Assembly (NCBI GenBank): GCA_002269645.1
Contig: NIVC01000905.1
Coordinates: 186,001-250,000, forward strand
Length of the DNA: 64,000 nucleotides
Direction of reading: 5' to 3'
Source of the DNA: Macrostomum lignano
Lineage: Eukaryota
Positions 1 through 13,295 of the stretch are shown here, one piece after another. Numbering within the stretch: position 1 is the stretch's first letter; every line of letters begins with the position of its first letter. The position numbers were made by a program, and so were the translations under genes. Under the pieces are notes generated by a model, which saw nothing but the letters and a program-made list of their open reading frames with translations, did no database searches and was not told where the DNA came from.

Positions 1-3000
1 GCAGCGCCTCGAAGCCCGACTTGCTGAGGGAGGCTGCGTTCAACTCGACGCGGCTGCTGCTGAGCCTGGCGGAGGCGGAGCTGCTCTCGCTGAAGCTGAC
101 GGTGGCGGTGACTGCCGTGGCGAACAAATCCGGGCTGAGGCAGGAGGGCTCGGAGATCGTCATCGCTGAGCAGCTGCAGATGCGTGAGTTCAGCTCAGTC
201 TTTGTTGTGAGTGGGTCTTGGTTCTGAGTGAGTGTTGGTTCTGAGTGAGTGTTGGTTCTGAGTGAGTCTTGGCTCTGAGTGAGTGTTGGTTCTGAGTGAG
301 TGTTGGTTCTGAGTGAGTGTTGGTTCTGAGTGAGTCTTGGTTCTGAGTGAGTCTTGGTTCTGAGGAAGTGGTGGTTCTGAGTGAGTGTTGGTTCTGAGTG
401 AGTGTTGGTTCTGAGTGAGTCTTGGTTCTGAGTGAGTCTTGGTTCTGAGTGAGTGTTGGTTCTGAGTGAGTCTTGGTTCTGAGTGAGTGTTGGTTCTGAG
501 GGAGTGGTGGTTCTGAGTGAGTGTTGGTTCTGAGTGAGTCTTGGTTCTGTGCCCCGTTTCCCCGCCGCCGTCCCGCAGCGCCCGGCCGCCCTTCGGTGTC
601 GCTGCTGCCGGACAGGCGCGCCGTCGAGGTGTCGCTGACTGCCAGCTCCGGCTCCGAACTGCTGACGGCGGCCGCCCACGCAGACAGCGGGAGCTTCGCT
701 GCTGCTACCAACAGCTGCCGCCCGGACTCCGGGAGGTGCACCGTGGCTCTGCAGCCGCTGAGGCCGTTCACCAACTACTCGGTGGAGGCGGTCGCCGAGC
801 TGTCGGGCCTGGCCTCGCTGCCCCAGAGGTCGGAGGTTCGAACGCTGGAGGACGCGCCGTCGCAGCCGCAGTCGGTGAGGCTGGACGATGCGTCATCGCA
901 GTTGCTATGCGACTGGCGGGCTCCCAGCGAGCCGAACGGCGTCATCCGCAACTACTCGGTGGCCTGGGGCTCGCTGAGCTTCCCGGACGGCGCTGAGATT
1001 CGCGTCGGAGCCAAGGAGGCGGCGGCCGACACGACCCGCCTGCCGCTTGAGCCGCCGCCGCTGCCGGGCCACGTCGGCTTCTGCCGCGTCGGCGCCTGCA
1101 CGGGCGGCGGCTGCAGCCGCGGCAGCGACAGGGCAGAGCGGCGGCTGCCCGACGGCGAGGCGCCCGCGGTGTCCGGCGGCCTGCAGCCGCTGGCGGTCCC
1201 TGGCGGTCCCGTCCGCCTCAGCTGGAAGCCGCTCAGCCCCGAGCTCGGCCGGGGCGTCGTGTTCGAGTTCGAGCTGCGACTGGACGGTCCGGGCGGTTGC
1301 GCGGCGGCCCGGCGGCTGAACTGCTCCGACTGCGGCCGCCACCGCCTCCAGCTGCAGTCTGAGGAGGCCCGGCAGCGGCTAGAAGCCCTGACGGCCGACT
1401 GCTCAGCGCCGGTGCTCGTGCGGACCTTCAAGTTTGGCGACGCCTCGCTGTCCGCGGAGATCGCCGTCAGCTCCGAGGGCGCCTCGCCGAGCTCGCTGCT
1501 GCCCTGGACCGAGTACGGCGCCTCGCTGTGGCCGGTGAACCTCGCGGGGCCCGGCGCCGCCGCCTCCGCCTCCTTCCGCAGCCCGGAGACTCGCAGCGGC
1601 GCCGTCGGCGGTCTGCGGGCGACGCCATCGGAGGCGGAGGCGCTGGTGGAGTTCGAGGAGCCGCGGCTGCCAAACGGCCTGCTGCAGGCGTTCGCTGTGC
1701 AGGTGAGGCCGCCTGCGACTGGGAGCTCCATTGCGAGGCATGAGAGGCACTGAAGGGGCAGCGGAGGGACTGAAGGGGCAGCGGAGGGACTGAAGGGGCA
1801 GCAGAGGGACTGAAGGGACAGCGGAGGCACTGAAGGGGCAGCGGAGGGACTGAAGGGACAGCGGAGGGACTGAAAGGACAGCGGAGGGACTGAAGGGGCA
1901 GCGGAGGGACTGAAAGGACAGCGGAGGGACTGAAGGGACAGCGGAGGGACTGAAAGGACAGCGGAGGGACTGAAGGGGCAGCGGAGGGACTGAAGGGGCA
2001 GCGGAGGGACTGAAGGGACAGCGGAGGGACTGAAAGGACAGCGGAGGGACTGAAGGGGCAGCGGAGGGACTGAAGGGGCAGCGGAGGGACTGAAGGGACA
2101 GCGGAGGGACTGAAGGGACAGCGGAGGGACTGAAGGGGCAGCGGAGGGACTGAAGGGACAGCGGAGGCACTGAAGGGGCAGTGGAGGGACTGAAGGGACA
2201 GCGGAGGGACTGAAAGGACAGCGGAGGGACTGAAGGGGCAGCGGAGGGACTGAAGGGGCAGCGGAGGGACTGAAGGGACAGCGGAGGGACTGAAGGGACA
2301 GCGGAGGGACTGAAGGGACAGCGGAGGGACTGAAGGGACGGCGGAGGGACTGAAGGGACGGCGGAGGGACTGAAGGGACGGCGGAGGGACTGAAGGGACA
2401 GCGGAGGGACTGAAGGGACAGCGGAGGGACTGAAGGGACTGAAGGGACAGCGGAGGGACTGAAGGGATAGCGGAGGGACTGAAGGGACAGCGGAGGGACT
2501 GAAGGGACAGCGGAGGGACTGAAGGGACAGCGCAGGAACCCATGGACAGGAAGTGACTGATGACTCAATGCAGTGACCTAAGTGGCATTGTCAAGCACAT
2601 TATACTGATGCTAAAAGTTACCCAGTGGCAAATATTAGTGAATATTTTCATAGACCCTTTGCTCACTCAGAGTTTCAGTCCTGACTCGCCTTCTGTTGAG
2701 ATTCTCACACAGTCGGCACGATGCTCTGGGTTGGCCAGATTTTGTTTGTGTGGAGTTGGCGAATCGATAAGAAAGCTGCAGTGCGCATGCATTGATATCT
2801 GAGCTGGATGCCAGTATCCGGGTTATTTTTATTCCTTATGCAGCAACCGCTATAATTGAGTGTACATATTCAGTGCTATGCTAATGGTTGATAACAGGGT
2901 AGATTATGATAGCTTTGGAGGACTTGACTGACTGTACATTGCCTCTCTCGCTGTGCCTCTCATTATCTGGCTCCTAACCGAAAAAGTCGTTGCTGAAAAC

Positions 3001-6000
3001 CAATCAGATTTTGCCTAAAAAGTTTGCATGTTGAAGAGGCTTACATATTTTTCCACTGCCTCGTCTTATGAATCTTCGCTTCTTTCGCTGCAAGGTGGAA
3101 CCTTCAGTTGAGCTCATCCTCAACCATGTCGGCTACCGCCAAATGGTTCCTTTTGGTAGCGAGTTATTTATGCACTTTATGAGATGTTGCAAAAAATGAA
3201 ATCCGCGGTGCCATTATAGCTTTAGTCGATCAGCCTAAAGAAAATGAATGCGTCTTGTTGGCTCTGTGAAAAGCTCTCAAATCTTGCCTTCTATTCTCGC
3301 TCATCGTTCCATTTAGGATGACAAACTGAATTGTCAATGGCTTGCTTTGTCAATTTTTTTCTTGGCCAAGGGATAGATAGTGAGATTCATAATTAAAAGA
3401 GTTGTTAGGGAGGGAGTGTGATTGGGAGTTTTAGGGTGAGTGATGGGGATTGTGATCTAAGAGTGATAGGGACGGTGATTGAAGAGTGATGGAGAGGGTA
3501 ATAGTGAAAGTGATGGGGAGAATGATGGGAAAGTGGTGGGGAGAGTGATGGGAGACTGATAGAAGACTGGTGGGGAGATTGATGAGGAGACGTACATGTA
3601 TGTGGAGGGTGATGGCGAGAGTGATGGAGAGTGATAGGGAGAGTGATGGGGAGAATGATGGGGAGACCGATTGGGAGAGTGATGGGGAGAGTGGTGGGGA
3701 GAGTGATGGGGAGAGTGATGCGGAGTGATGGAGAGTGATGCGGAGTGAGGGAGAGTGAGGGAGAGTGATGGGGAAAGTGATGCGGAGAGTGATGGGGTGA
3801 GTGGTGGGGAGAGTGATGGGGTGAGTGGTGGGGAGAGTGATGGAGAGTGAGGGAGAGTGATGGGGAGAATGATGGGGAGACCGATTGGGAGAGTGATGGG
3901 GAGAGTGATGGGTGAGTGATGCGGAGAGTGATGGGGTGAGTGGTGGGGAAAGTGATGGGGAGAGTGATGGGGTGAGTGGTGGGGAGAGTCATGGGGAGAG
4001 TCATGGGGAGAGTGATGGGAAGAGTGATGGGGAGAGTGATGGGGGAGTGATGCGGAGTGATGGAGAGTGATGGGAGAGAATGAGAAAAAGATGGAGAGCA
4101 CAGAGAAGTGCACTCGTAACTTGAGAACTCAAACTGCAGCTAAAAGCTCCATAGAGGTGTTCCAGCAGTCGCTAGGCAACCAAATCTCCATCCCCCAACT
4201 CCCCAGGTGCTGAACTCATCCTCAGGCTGCTCCCAGATGCTGGTGCTGAACTCAAGCTCAGCTCCTGGCTGCCAGCTGCTCAACTGCAGCACCGATGAGC
4301 TGTTGAAGGGACTCGCTGCCGAGTGCGGCTTTGCTCTTGTCAATCCACTGGTTGCTATGCAGACTGGCGGCCCTAGCAACGGCTCCACCCGACACACAGT
4401 GAGGCTGGAACACCTGCAGCCAGGCTCAGAGTACTCAGTGAAAGTGATTCCCGTGAGCCAGACTCTCAGAGGAACTCCAGCTCAGGTCAAATTCGCCACA
4501 ACTGGAGGCGGCGGCGGCGGCGGCGGCGGCTCGATGACCATCGTGGTGGCGGTTGCGGTGTCGGTGCTGGTTGCCATGGCGATTGCGGCTGGCCTGTTGG
4601 GCTTGTTGTGGTACCGCAGGCGCAGCAGGTACGGCTTGTCGTGATTTCTGATTAGCTGGTGGTTGTTTGGGCAAAAATTTCCCATTTGTTGAGGTGGTGG
4701 GCTGAGTCCGTAAGATGACTCAGTTGTGTGCATCAGCCATCGCCCAAGGTGGCCGTTAAAGGCAATAAAATCTGCATCAATCGAGCTATACCCTCGATGA
4801 GATCGTAGTCTTTTTCCGTTATTTTTCATGTTTTTAATTTTAGTAGTATAAGTTAGTAGCGCGGTCAGGGCAGGAAAATGCAGATATATTTTTAGCTTGA
4901 TTCGAATTTAATTTAATTTAGTTTATCGACTTTTATTGGAATTTCGCTGAACTGGATTGTAATGACTGGGATTTCCCTGCCTGGGATTCTACTGACTGGG
5001 ATTTCCCTGCCTGGGATTCTACTGACTGGGATTTCCCTGCCTGGGATTCTACTGACTGGGATTTCCCTGGCTGGGATTCTACTGACTGGGATTTCCCTGC
5101 CTGGGATTCTACTGACTGGATTTCCCTGGCTGGGATTCTACTGACTGGGATTTCCCTGCAGCTGGGATTCTACTGACTGGATTTCCCTGGCTGGGATTCC
5201 CCTAATTGGGATTCCCATGACTAGAATTCCTCTGTTTGGGGTTCCGATGACTGGGATTTCCTCGTTTGGAATTTCCATGACTTGGATTCACCTGTTTCAG
5301 ATTCCCGTGACTGGGATTCCCTGTTTGAGATTCCCGTCACTGGGATTCCCCTGTTTGGTATTCCCATGACTGGGATTATCGTGTTTGGGATTCCCATGAC
5401 TGGGATTCCCATGACTGGGATTTCCATGACTGGGATTCCCATGACTGGGATTTCCGTTTTTGGGATTCTTCTGTTTGGGATTCCCATAACTGGGATTCCC
5501 CTGTTTAGGATTCCCATTACTGGGATTTCCCTGATTGAGAATCCACTAACTGGCATTTCACTGGCTGGGATTCTACTGACTGGAATCCCCCGACTGATGT
5601 GGGGAATTTAATCAGGATACAGAATATTGGGAGTACATGTAATAGAATTGGAGATATCAATTTTAAATTTTTATAAAGTTAGTACATAAGAATTATCGAT
5701 TTTTTACTTTTAAAACAAGTTAGCGTTTATTAACAATTCACTGCATTAGTATTAGCTAAACCAATATTAATTCTTTTGTTTAATTGTCGAACAATATAGG
5801 AAGGACTCCATACTCATTGATGAAAATGATAAGCGATATAAGTACGTTTCGTGTGTAGATAATGTGCTTTTTCAATAAAGATTTTTCAATAAATTATAAA
5901 ACATTCTAGAATATAAATTTGGGTCAAAAATGGTGTTTTATTACAATACAACTTTCATATAAACAATCTACAATATATATCGAAGCTTTTAGACCATCAA

Positions 6001-9000
6001 TATGCTGTATTCCTATTCATATTGTTCAATTATAATGCAGCTTTACATGGATCTTGATCTTGAATAAACAAATTTCCAGTCAACCAGACAGCCAAGAGCC
6101 AACGACATCCATGAGGGAAATTTCTAATGGCATTGCAAATCCCAGAACAGAGCAGAGGCTGCACACGTCTGTACCGAAGACTTCCTCTCAGAATGGGTAA
6201 TTCTTCATTTTGCATGCATTTTGTGTGTATAATGACAGACCTGCTGACCCCTGCTGTAAGGTGAGACAGACATGCTGACCCCCTGCTGTAAGGTGAGACA
6301 GACCTGCTGACCCCTGCTGTAAGGTGAGACAGACATGCTGACCCCCTGCTGTAAGGTGAGACAGACATGCTGACCCCCTGCTGTAAGGTGAGACAGACCT
6401 GCTGACCCCTGCTGTAAGGTGAGACAGACCTGCTGACCCCTGCTGTAAGGTGAGACAGACATGCTGACCCCCCTGCTGTAAGGTGAGACAGACATGCTGA
6501 CCCCCCTGCTGTAAGGTGAGACAGACCTGCTGACCCCTGCTGTAAGGTGAGACAGACATGCTGACCCCCCTGCTGTAAGGTGAGACAGACATGCTGACCC
6601 CCCTGCTGTAAGGTGAGACAGACCTGCTGACCCCCCTGCTGTAAGGTGAGACAGACATGCTGACCCCCTGCTGTAAGGTGAGACAGACCTGCTGACCCCT
6701 GCTGTAAGGTGAGACAGACATGCTGACCCCTGCTGTAAGGTGAGACAGACCTGCTGACCCCTGCTGTAAGGTGAGACAGACATGCTGACCCCTGCTGTAA
6801 GGTGAGACAGACCTGCTGACCCCTGCTGTAAGGTGAGACAGACCTGCTGACCCCCTACTGTAAGGTGAGACAGACCTGCTGACCCCTGCTGTAAGGTGAG
6901 ACAGACCTGCTGACCCCCTACTGTAAGGTGAGACAGACCTGCTGACCCCCTACTGTAAGGTGAGACAGACCTGCTGACCCCCTACTGTAAGGTGAGACAG
7001 ACCTGCTGACCCCCCCCTACTGTAAGGTGAGACAGACCTGCTGACCCCCTACTGTAAGGTGAGACAGACCTGCTGACCCCCTACTGTAAGGTGAGACAGA
7101 CCTGCTGACCCCCTACTGTAAGGTGAGACAGACCTGCTGACCCCTACTGTAAGGTGAGACAGACCTGCTGACCCCCTACTGTAAGGTGAGACAGACCTGC
7201 TGACCCCCTACTGTAAGGTGAGACAGACCTGCTGACCCCCTACTGTAAGGTGAGACAGACCTGCTGACCCCCTACTGTAAGGTGAGACAGACCTGCTGAC
7301 CCCTGCTGTAAGGTGAGACAGACCTGCTGACCCCCTACTGTAAGGTGAGACAGACCTGCTGACCCCCTACTGTAAGGTAAGACAGACCTGCTGACCCCCT
7401 ACTGTAAGGTGAGACAGACCTGCTGACCCCTGCTGTAAGGTGAGACAGACCTGCTGACCCCTACTGTAAGGTGAGACAGACCTGCTGACCCCTACTGTAA
7501 GGTGAGACAGACCTGCTGACCCCCTACTGTAAGGTGAGACAGACCTGCTGACCCCCTACTGTAAGGTAAGACAGACCTGCTGACCCCCTACTGTAAGGTG
7601 AGACAGACCTGCTGACCCCTGCTGTAAGGTGAGACAGACCTGCTGACCCCCTACTGTAAGGTGAGACAGACCTGCTGACCCCCTACTGTAAGGTGAGACA
7701 GACCTGCTGACCCCCTACTGTAAGGTGAGACAGACCTGCTGACCCCCCCCTACTGTAAGGTGAGACAGACCTGCTGACCCCTGCTGTAAGGTGAGACAGA
7801 CCTGCTGACCCCCTACTGTAAGGTGAGACAGACCTGCTGACCCCCTACTGTAAGGTGAGACAGACCTGCTGACCCCCTACTGTAAGGTGAGACAGACCTG
7901 CTGACCCCCTACTGTAAGGTGAGACAGACCTGCTGACCCCCTACTGTAAGGTGAGACAGACCTGCTGACCCCTGCTGTAAGGTGAGACAGACCTGCTGAC
8001 CCCCTACTGTAAGGTGAGACAGACCTGCTGACCCCTACTGTAAGGTGAGACAGACCTGCTGACCCCCTACTGTAAGGTGAGACAGACCTGCTGACCCCCT
8101 ACTGTAAGGTGAGACAGACCTGCTGACCCCTGCTGTAAGGTGAGACAGACCTGCTGACCCCCTACTGTAAGGTGAGACAGACCTGCTGACCCCTACTGTA
8201 AGGTAAGACAGACCTGCTGACCCCCTACTGTAAGGTGAGACAGACCTGCTGACCCCTGCTGTAAGGTGAGACAGACCTGCTGACCCCTACTGTAAGGTGA
8301 GACAGACCTGCTGACCCCCTACTGTAAGGTGAGACAGACCTGCTGACCCCCTACTGTAAGGTGAGACAGACCTGCTGACCCCCTACTGTAAGGTAAGACA
8401 GACCTGCTGACCCCCTACTGTAAGGTGAGACAGACCTGCTGACCCCTGCTGTAAGGTGAGACAGACCTGCTGACCCCCTACTGTAAGGTGAGACAGACCT
8501 GCTGACCCCCTACTGTAAGGTGAGACAGACCTGCTGACCCCCTACTGTAAGGTGAGACAGACCTGCTGACCCCCCCCCCTACTGTAAGGTGAGACAGACC
8601 TGCTGACCCCTGCTGTAAGGTGAGACAGACCTGCTGACCCCCTACTGTAAGGTGAGACAGACCTGCTGACCCCCTACTGTAAGGTGAGACAGACCTGCTG
8701 ACCCCCTACTGTAAGGTGAGACAGACCTGCTGACCCCCTACTGTAAGGTGAGACAGACCTGCTGACCCCCTACTGTAAGGTGAGACAGACCTGCTGACCC
8801 CCCCCCTACTGTAAGGTGAGACAGACCTGCTGACCCCTGCTGTAAGGTGAGACAGACCTGCTGACCCCCTACTGTAAGGTGAGACAGACCTGCTGACCCC
8901 CTACTGTAAGGTGAGACAGACCTGCTGACCCCCTACTGTAAGGTGAGACAGACCTGCTGACCCCCCCCCTACTGTAAGGTGAGACAGACCTGCTGACCCC

Positions 9001-12000
9001 CCTGCTGTAAGGTGAGACAGACCTGCTGACCCCTGCTGTAAGGTGAGACAGACATGCTGACCCCCCTGCTGTAAGGTGAGACAGACATGCTGACCCCCCT
9101 GCTGTAAGGTGAGACAGACCTGCTGACCCCCCTGCTGTAAGGTGAGACAGACATGCTGACCCCCCTGCTGTAAGGTGAGACAGACATGCTGACCCCCCTG
9201 CTGTAAGGTGAGACAGACCTGCTGACCCCTGCTGTAAGGTGAGACAGACCTGCTGACCCCTGCTGTAAGGTGAGACAGACCTGCTGACCCTCCTGCTGTA
9301 AGGTGAGACAGACCTGCTGACCCCCCTGCTGTAAGGTGAGACAGACCTGCTGACCCCTGCTGTAAGGTGAGACAGACCTGCTGACCCCTGCTGTAAGGTG
9401 AGACAGACCTGCTGACCCCTGCTGTAAGGTGAGACAGACCTGCTGACCCCTGCTGTAAGGTGAGACAGACCTGCTGACCCCTGCTGTAAGGTGAGACAGA
9501 CATGCTGACCCCTGCTGTAAGGTGAGACAGACCTGCTGACCCCCTGCTGTAAGGTGAGACAGACCTGCTGACCCCTGCTGTAAGGTGAGACAGACATGCT
9601 GACCCCCTGCTGTAAGGTGAGACAGACCTGCTGACCCCTGCTGTAAGGTGAGACAGACCTGCTGACCCCTGCTGTAAGGTGAGACAGACCTGCTGACCCC
9701 TGCTGTAAGGTGAGACAGACCTGCTGACCCCAGCCCCCCTGCTGTAAGGTGAGACAGACCTGCTGACCCCAGCCCCCCTGCTGTAAGGTGAGACAGACCT
9801 GCTGACCCCTGCTGTAAGGTGAGACAGACCTGCTGACCCCTGCTGTAAGGTGAGACAGACCTGCTGACCCCTGCTGTAAGGTGAGACAGACCTGCTGACC
9901 CTCCTGCTGTAAGGTGAGACAGACCTGCTGACCCCTGCTGTAAGGTGAGACAGACCTGCTGACCCCTGCTGTAAGGTGAGACAGACCTGCTGACCCCTGC
10001 TGTAAGGTGAGACAGACCTGCTGACCCCAGCCCCCCTGCTGTAAGGTGAGACAGACCTGCTGACCCCAGCCCCCTGCTGTAAGGTGAGACAGACCTGCTG
10101 ACCCCTGCTGTAAGGTGAGACAGACCTGCTGACCCCTGCTGTAAGGTGAGACAGACCTGCTGACCCCTGCTGTAAGGTGAGACAGACCTGCTGACCCCAG
10201 CCCCCCTGCTGTAAGGTGAGACAGACCTGCTGACCCCTGCTGTAAGGTGAGACAGACCTGCTGACCCCTGCTGTAAGGTGAGACAGACCTGCTGACCCCA
10301 GCCCCCCTGCTGTAAGGTGAGACAGACGTGCTGACCCCTGCTGTAAGGTGAGACAGACCTGCTGACCCCCCCCCCTACTGTAAGGTGAGACAGACCTGCT
10401 GACCCCAGCCCCACTGCTGTAAGGTGAGACGGACCTGCTGACCCCCTACTGTAAGGTGAGACAGACCTGCTTACCCCCCCCCCCTACTGTAAGGTGAGAC
10501 AGACCTGCTGACCCCTGCTGTAAGGTGAGACAGACCTGCTGACCCCCCCCCTGCTGTAAGGTGAGACACCTGCTGACCCCCTGCTGTAAGGTGAGACAAA
10601 CCCATTGACCCCCCTGCTGTAGAAACAGACAGGCTGTAGTTTTCATTTCAAGCTCGTTATGCACAATAATAATGCATTTCTCACACTGCATTTCTCTTTT
10701 AATGGCAGCCATAAGCCGCCTCAGCCTCCGCGGATGTCGCCAACTCAGCCTCAGCCGCCGCCGCTGTCGCCGCCCCAGCATCCGCAGTCTCCATCACCAC
10801 CGCTCTCGGTGCCAGCCGCAGAATTTGCCGCCTACGCAAAGAAGCTCCTGGCGGACGCGGCCTGCCTCAGTGATCAGCAGTACAGCCTGATGAAGCAGGC
10901 GGCCATTGAGCAGACTAAATCATTCTCCACCGAAGACGGTCTGGCTAGCGGCAATCGAGAAAAGAATCGCTACATCAATATTTTACCGTTCGATAATAAC
11001 CGAGTGAAATTGAGCGGATATAATGACTATATTAATGCTAGCTATGTGAGCGAAGATGCTACTGCTAGTAGTGCACCATTTATCGCTTGCCAAGGTCCCA
11101 AGCCGGCTACCGTGTCAGATCATTGGCGCATGATCTGGGAACAGATGGTGCCAGTCACTGTCATGCTGACCACCTGCGTTGAGAAAGGAAGGGTGAGCGA
11201 TAGCTGCCTTTTTTCCTTGCTCTGGCGATTCTGTTTTGATGTCGGGATTGATTGTGTGCTGATGTGAACTTTTAAGGTTGGTTGATCACTCTCCAACTCC
11301 TTTTTTCTCGTGTCTCTCCCTCTCCTGTCCCTCTCTCTCTTCCTCTTTCCTCTCCATCTCTACCCTCTCTTCTCTCTCTCTTTCAACTCCCTTTCTTATC
11401 TCCGTCTCTCTCCTCTCCTCCCCCTCTCTCCTCTCCCTCTCCTCTCCCTCTCCTTTTCCCCTCTCTCCTCTCCCTCTCCTCTCCCTCTCCTTTTCCTCGC
11501 TCCCTCTCATTTCCCCCTCTTTCCGCTGTCTCTCCCCTCTCTTATCTCCCTTTCTCATCTCCCTCTCTTATCCTCGTCTCTCCCTCTTTTATCTCCCTCT
11601 CTCCTCTCCGTATCTGCCCTCTCCGTCTCTCCCTCTCTCCTCTCCGTCTCTTCCTCTCTTCTCTCTTTCTCTCCTATCCCCTCTCCTCTCCCTCTCTCGC
11701 TATCTGCAGCTTGAGAATCTACGGCATTTGACTGCCGACAAACTGAGAGGCTCCTAACCCAAACATTTATCTTAACCTAAATTCTAATCTCTAAACTTTC
11801 ACTCTATAACCATAATCCAAAGCTAATCTATCCTAAACTTGAACTTGAACCTAAATTCTCTCTCCTCTCTTCCCTCCATCGTCTTCCTCTGTTGTGCCAG
11901 ACAATTGTGCTCCCGCTGGTCAACTTTTCTGTTGACTAGCGGCCAGTCCCCTAAAGCTCTCTTCCCTGTTGCTAGGCAACTAAAACTGACCCCCAATCGG

Positions 12001-13295
12001 TCTGCAGACCAAATGCGAGCAGTATTGGCCGGATAGCGAAGGCGAAAGCCTCGAACTGGACTGCGGACTCACTGTGACCCTGCTCAGCGCTGAGAACTGC
12101 GGCTCTTATATTGTTCGGAAACTGCGCCTGATGCCGAATACTGATGATAAAACAGATGCCCCAGCGTCCGGCATGGACACCGAGCTGCTGCAGTACATGG
12201 AATGGGAGGATCACGCTGTGCCCAATCTGGACAATCTGGCCGAGTTTCTCGGCCGGGTGCACCGCTCGCAGCGCAACGGCGGCGGCGGCCGAATCGTGTT
12301 GCACTGCAGCGCAGGTGTCGGCCGCACCGGCACCTTCATCGCGCTGGACCTGCTGGCCCGCCGGCTGCAGGACTGTCAGGAGCGTCAGGAGGTCAGCGTC
12401 TACGAGACCGTGTTGCAGCTGCGGCGCTGTCGGGTGGACATGGTGCAGACCAAGGTATGTGCGGGCGGTTTGGAATGTCTGCGGGTGCTTTGGGCCAGCC
12501 TGGTTGCAAGATCCTCAGTTGCTGGTTGTAAGATCCTCAGTTGCTGGTTGTAAGATCCTCAGTTGCTGGTTGCTGGATCCTCAGTTTCTGGGCCAGCCTC
12601 ATAGATCCTCAGTTGCTGTGCCAGCCTCCCAGATCCTCAGTTGCTGAGCCAGCCTCCCAGATCCTCAGTTGCTGGGCCAGCCTCTCAGATCCTCAGTTGC
12701 TGGGCCAGCCTCCCAGATCCCCAGTTGCTATGCCAGCCTCACAGATCCCCTTTTGCTATGCCAGCCTCACAGATCCCCTTTTGCTATGCCAGCCTCACAG
12801 ATCCCCAGTTGCTATGCCAGCCTCACAAATCCCCAGTTGCTATGCCAGCCTCACAGATCCCCAGTTGCTATGCCAGCCTCACAGATCCCCAGTTGCTATG
12901 CCAGCCTCACAGATCCCCAGTTGCTATGCCAGCCTCACAGATCCTGGGCTACAAGCCGCTAGCATTCCCAGAGCAGTGCAATCTCATTTAAATCCCTCAC
13001 CTGGCCGCATTTCAGCACCAGTACGCCTTCATCTATAAATTTCTGCTCAATTTTGTGCAGAAAAAGCCACGAATCAGCGCATTCAATGGTGAGTTTTACA
13101 ATTTGAATGTTTAAACTGCCAATATTTTTATAACCAAAATCCGACGTGATTACTAGCAGTAGTTAACCGCCAACAATTGGCGCAGATTCGCTTACTGATG
13201 AGTCATCGAACGATCCAGTTTATGTGAGGGCCACCTCCGCCACCGCTGCGGCTGGTCGCGATAACGAAGCATTCGATGCTACTAATGAAGCTTAA
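1..13295 (+). CDS. Receptor-type protein tyrosine phosphatase (FN3 repeats, one TM helix, single PTP domain; R3/PTP10D-like architecture), 5' end outside the window
   Basis: Exons <1-183, 579-1702, 4207-4628, probable 6080-6196, 10709-11192, 12008-12454, 13016-13088, 13186-13295 (TAA); all GT-AG with matching phases. FN3 motifs (LRPFTNYSVEAVA, PNGVIRNYSV, LQPGSEYSVKV), TM segment IVVAVAVSVLVAMAIAAGLLGLLW followed by YRRRS, PTP motifs KNRYINILPFD, DYINAS, FIACQGP, KCEQYWP, WEDH, HCSAGVGRTG, QTKHQY. Confidence 0.93.
200..550. repeat. 17-bp minisatellite (GAGTGAGTGTTGGTTCT)n in PTP intron
   Basis: Direct tandem units filling intron 184-578; each unit contains GTGAGT. Confidence 0.95.
1745..2535. 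repeat. 20-bp minisatellite (GCGGAGGGACTGAAGGGACA)n
   Basis: About 40 tandem units starting ~40 nt after the donor at 1703. Confidence 0.95.
3405..4085. repeat. Degenerate ~12-bp purine-rich repeat (GGAGAGTGATGG)n
   Basis: Visible tandem degenerate units in PTP intron. Confidence 0.85.
4962..5600. repeat. Composite 24-bp / 15-bp CTGGGATTCCC minisatellite
   Basis: 24-bp units (ACTGACTGGGATTTCCCTGCCTGGGATTCT-type core) grading into 15-bp units (ATGACTGGGATTCCC). Confidence 0.85.
6234..10620. repeat. ~4.4-kb minisatellite, 31-33-bp unit GCTGTAAGGTGAGACAGACCTGCTGACCCC(C)T
   Basis: Roughly 140 tandem units; GCTG variant at both ends, ACTG variant in the centre, variable poly-C tract. Confidence 0.97.
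11290..11705. repeat. CT-rich low-complexity tract
   Basis: Almost pure pyrimidine tract in intron 11193-12007. Confidence 0.85.
12490..12950. repeat. 28-bp minisatellite (AGATCCTCAGTTGCTGGGCCAGCCTCCC)n
   Basis: Tandem units filling intron 12455-13015; same family as 48866-49230. Confidence 0.92.

Noticed and set aside
4564-4585. X-box-like GTTGCCATGGCGAT
   Set aside because: Lies in the coding sequence of the PTP transmembrane helix (VAMAI); most simply a codon coincidence.
952-10414. Long ORFs on repeats (538, 481 and 358 aa; likewise 13754-14438, 31476-32521, 47646-48508, 57339-59239, 60321-61010)
   Set aside because: Translations are periodic and open in several frames or both strands, an artefact of stop-free tandem units; most lie in introns of well-supported genes.
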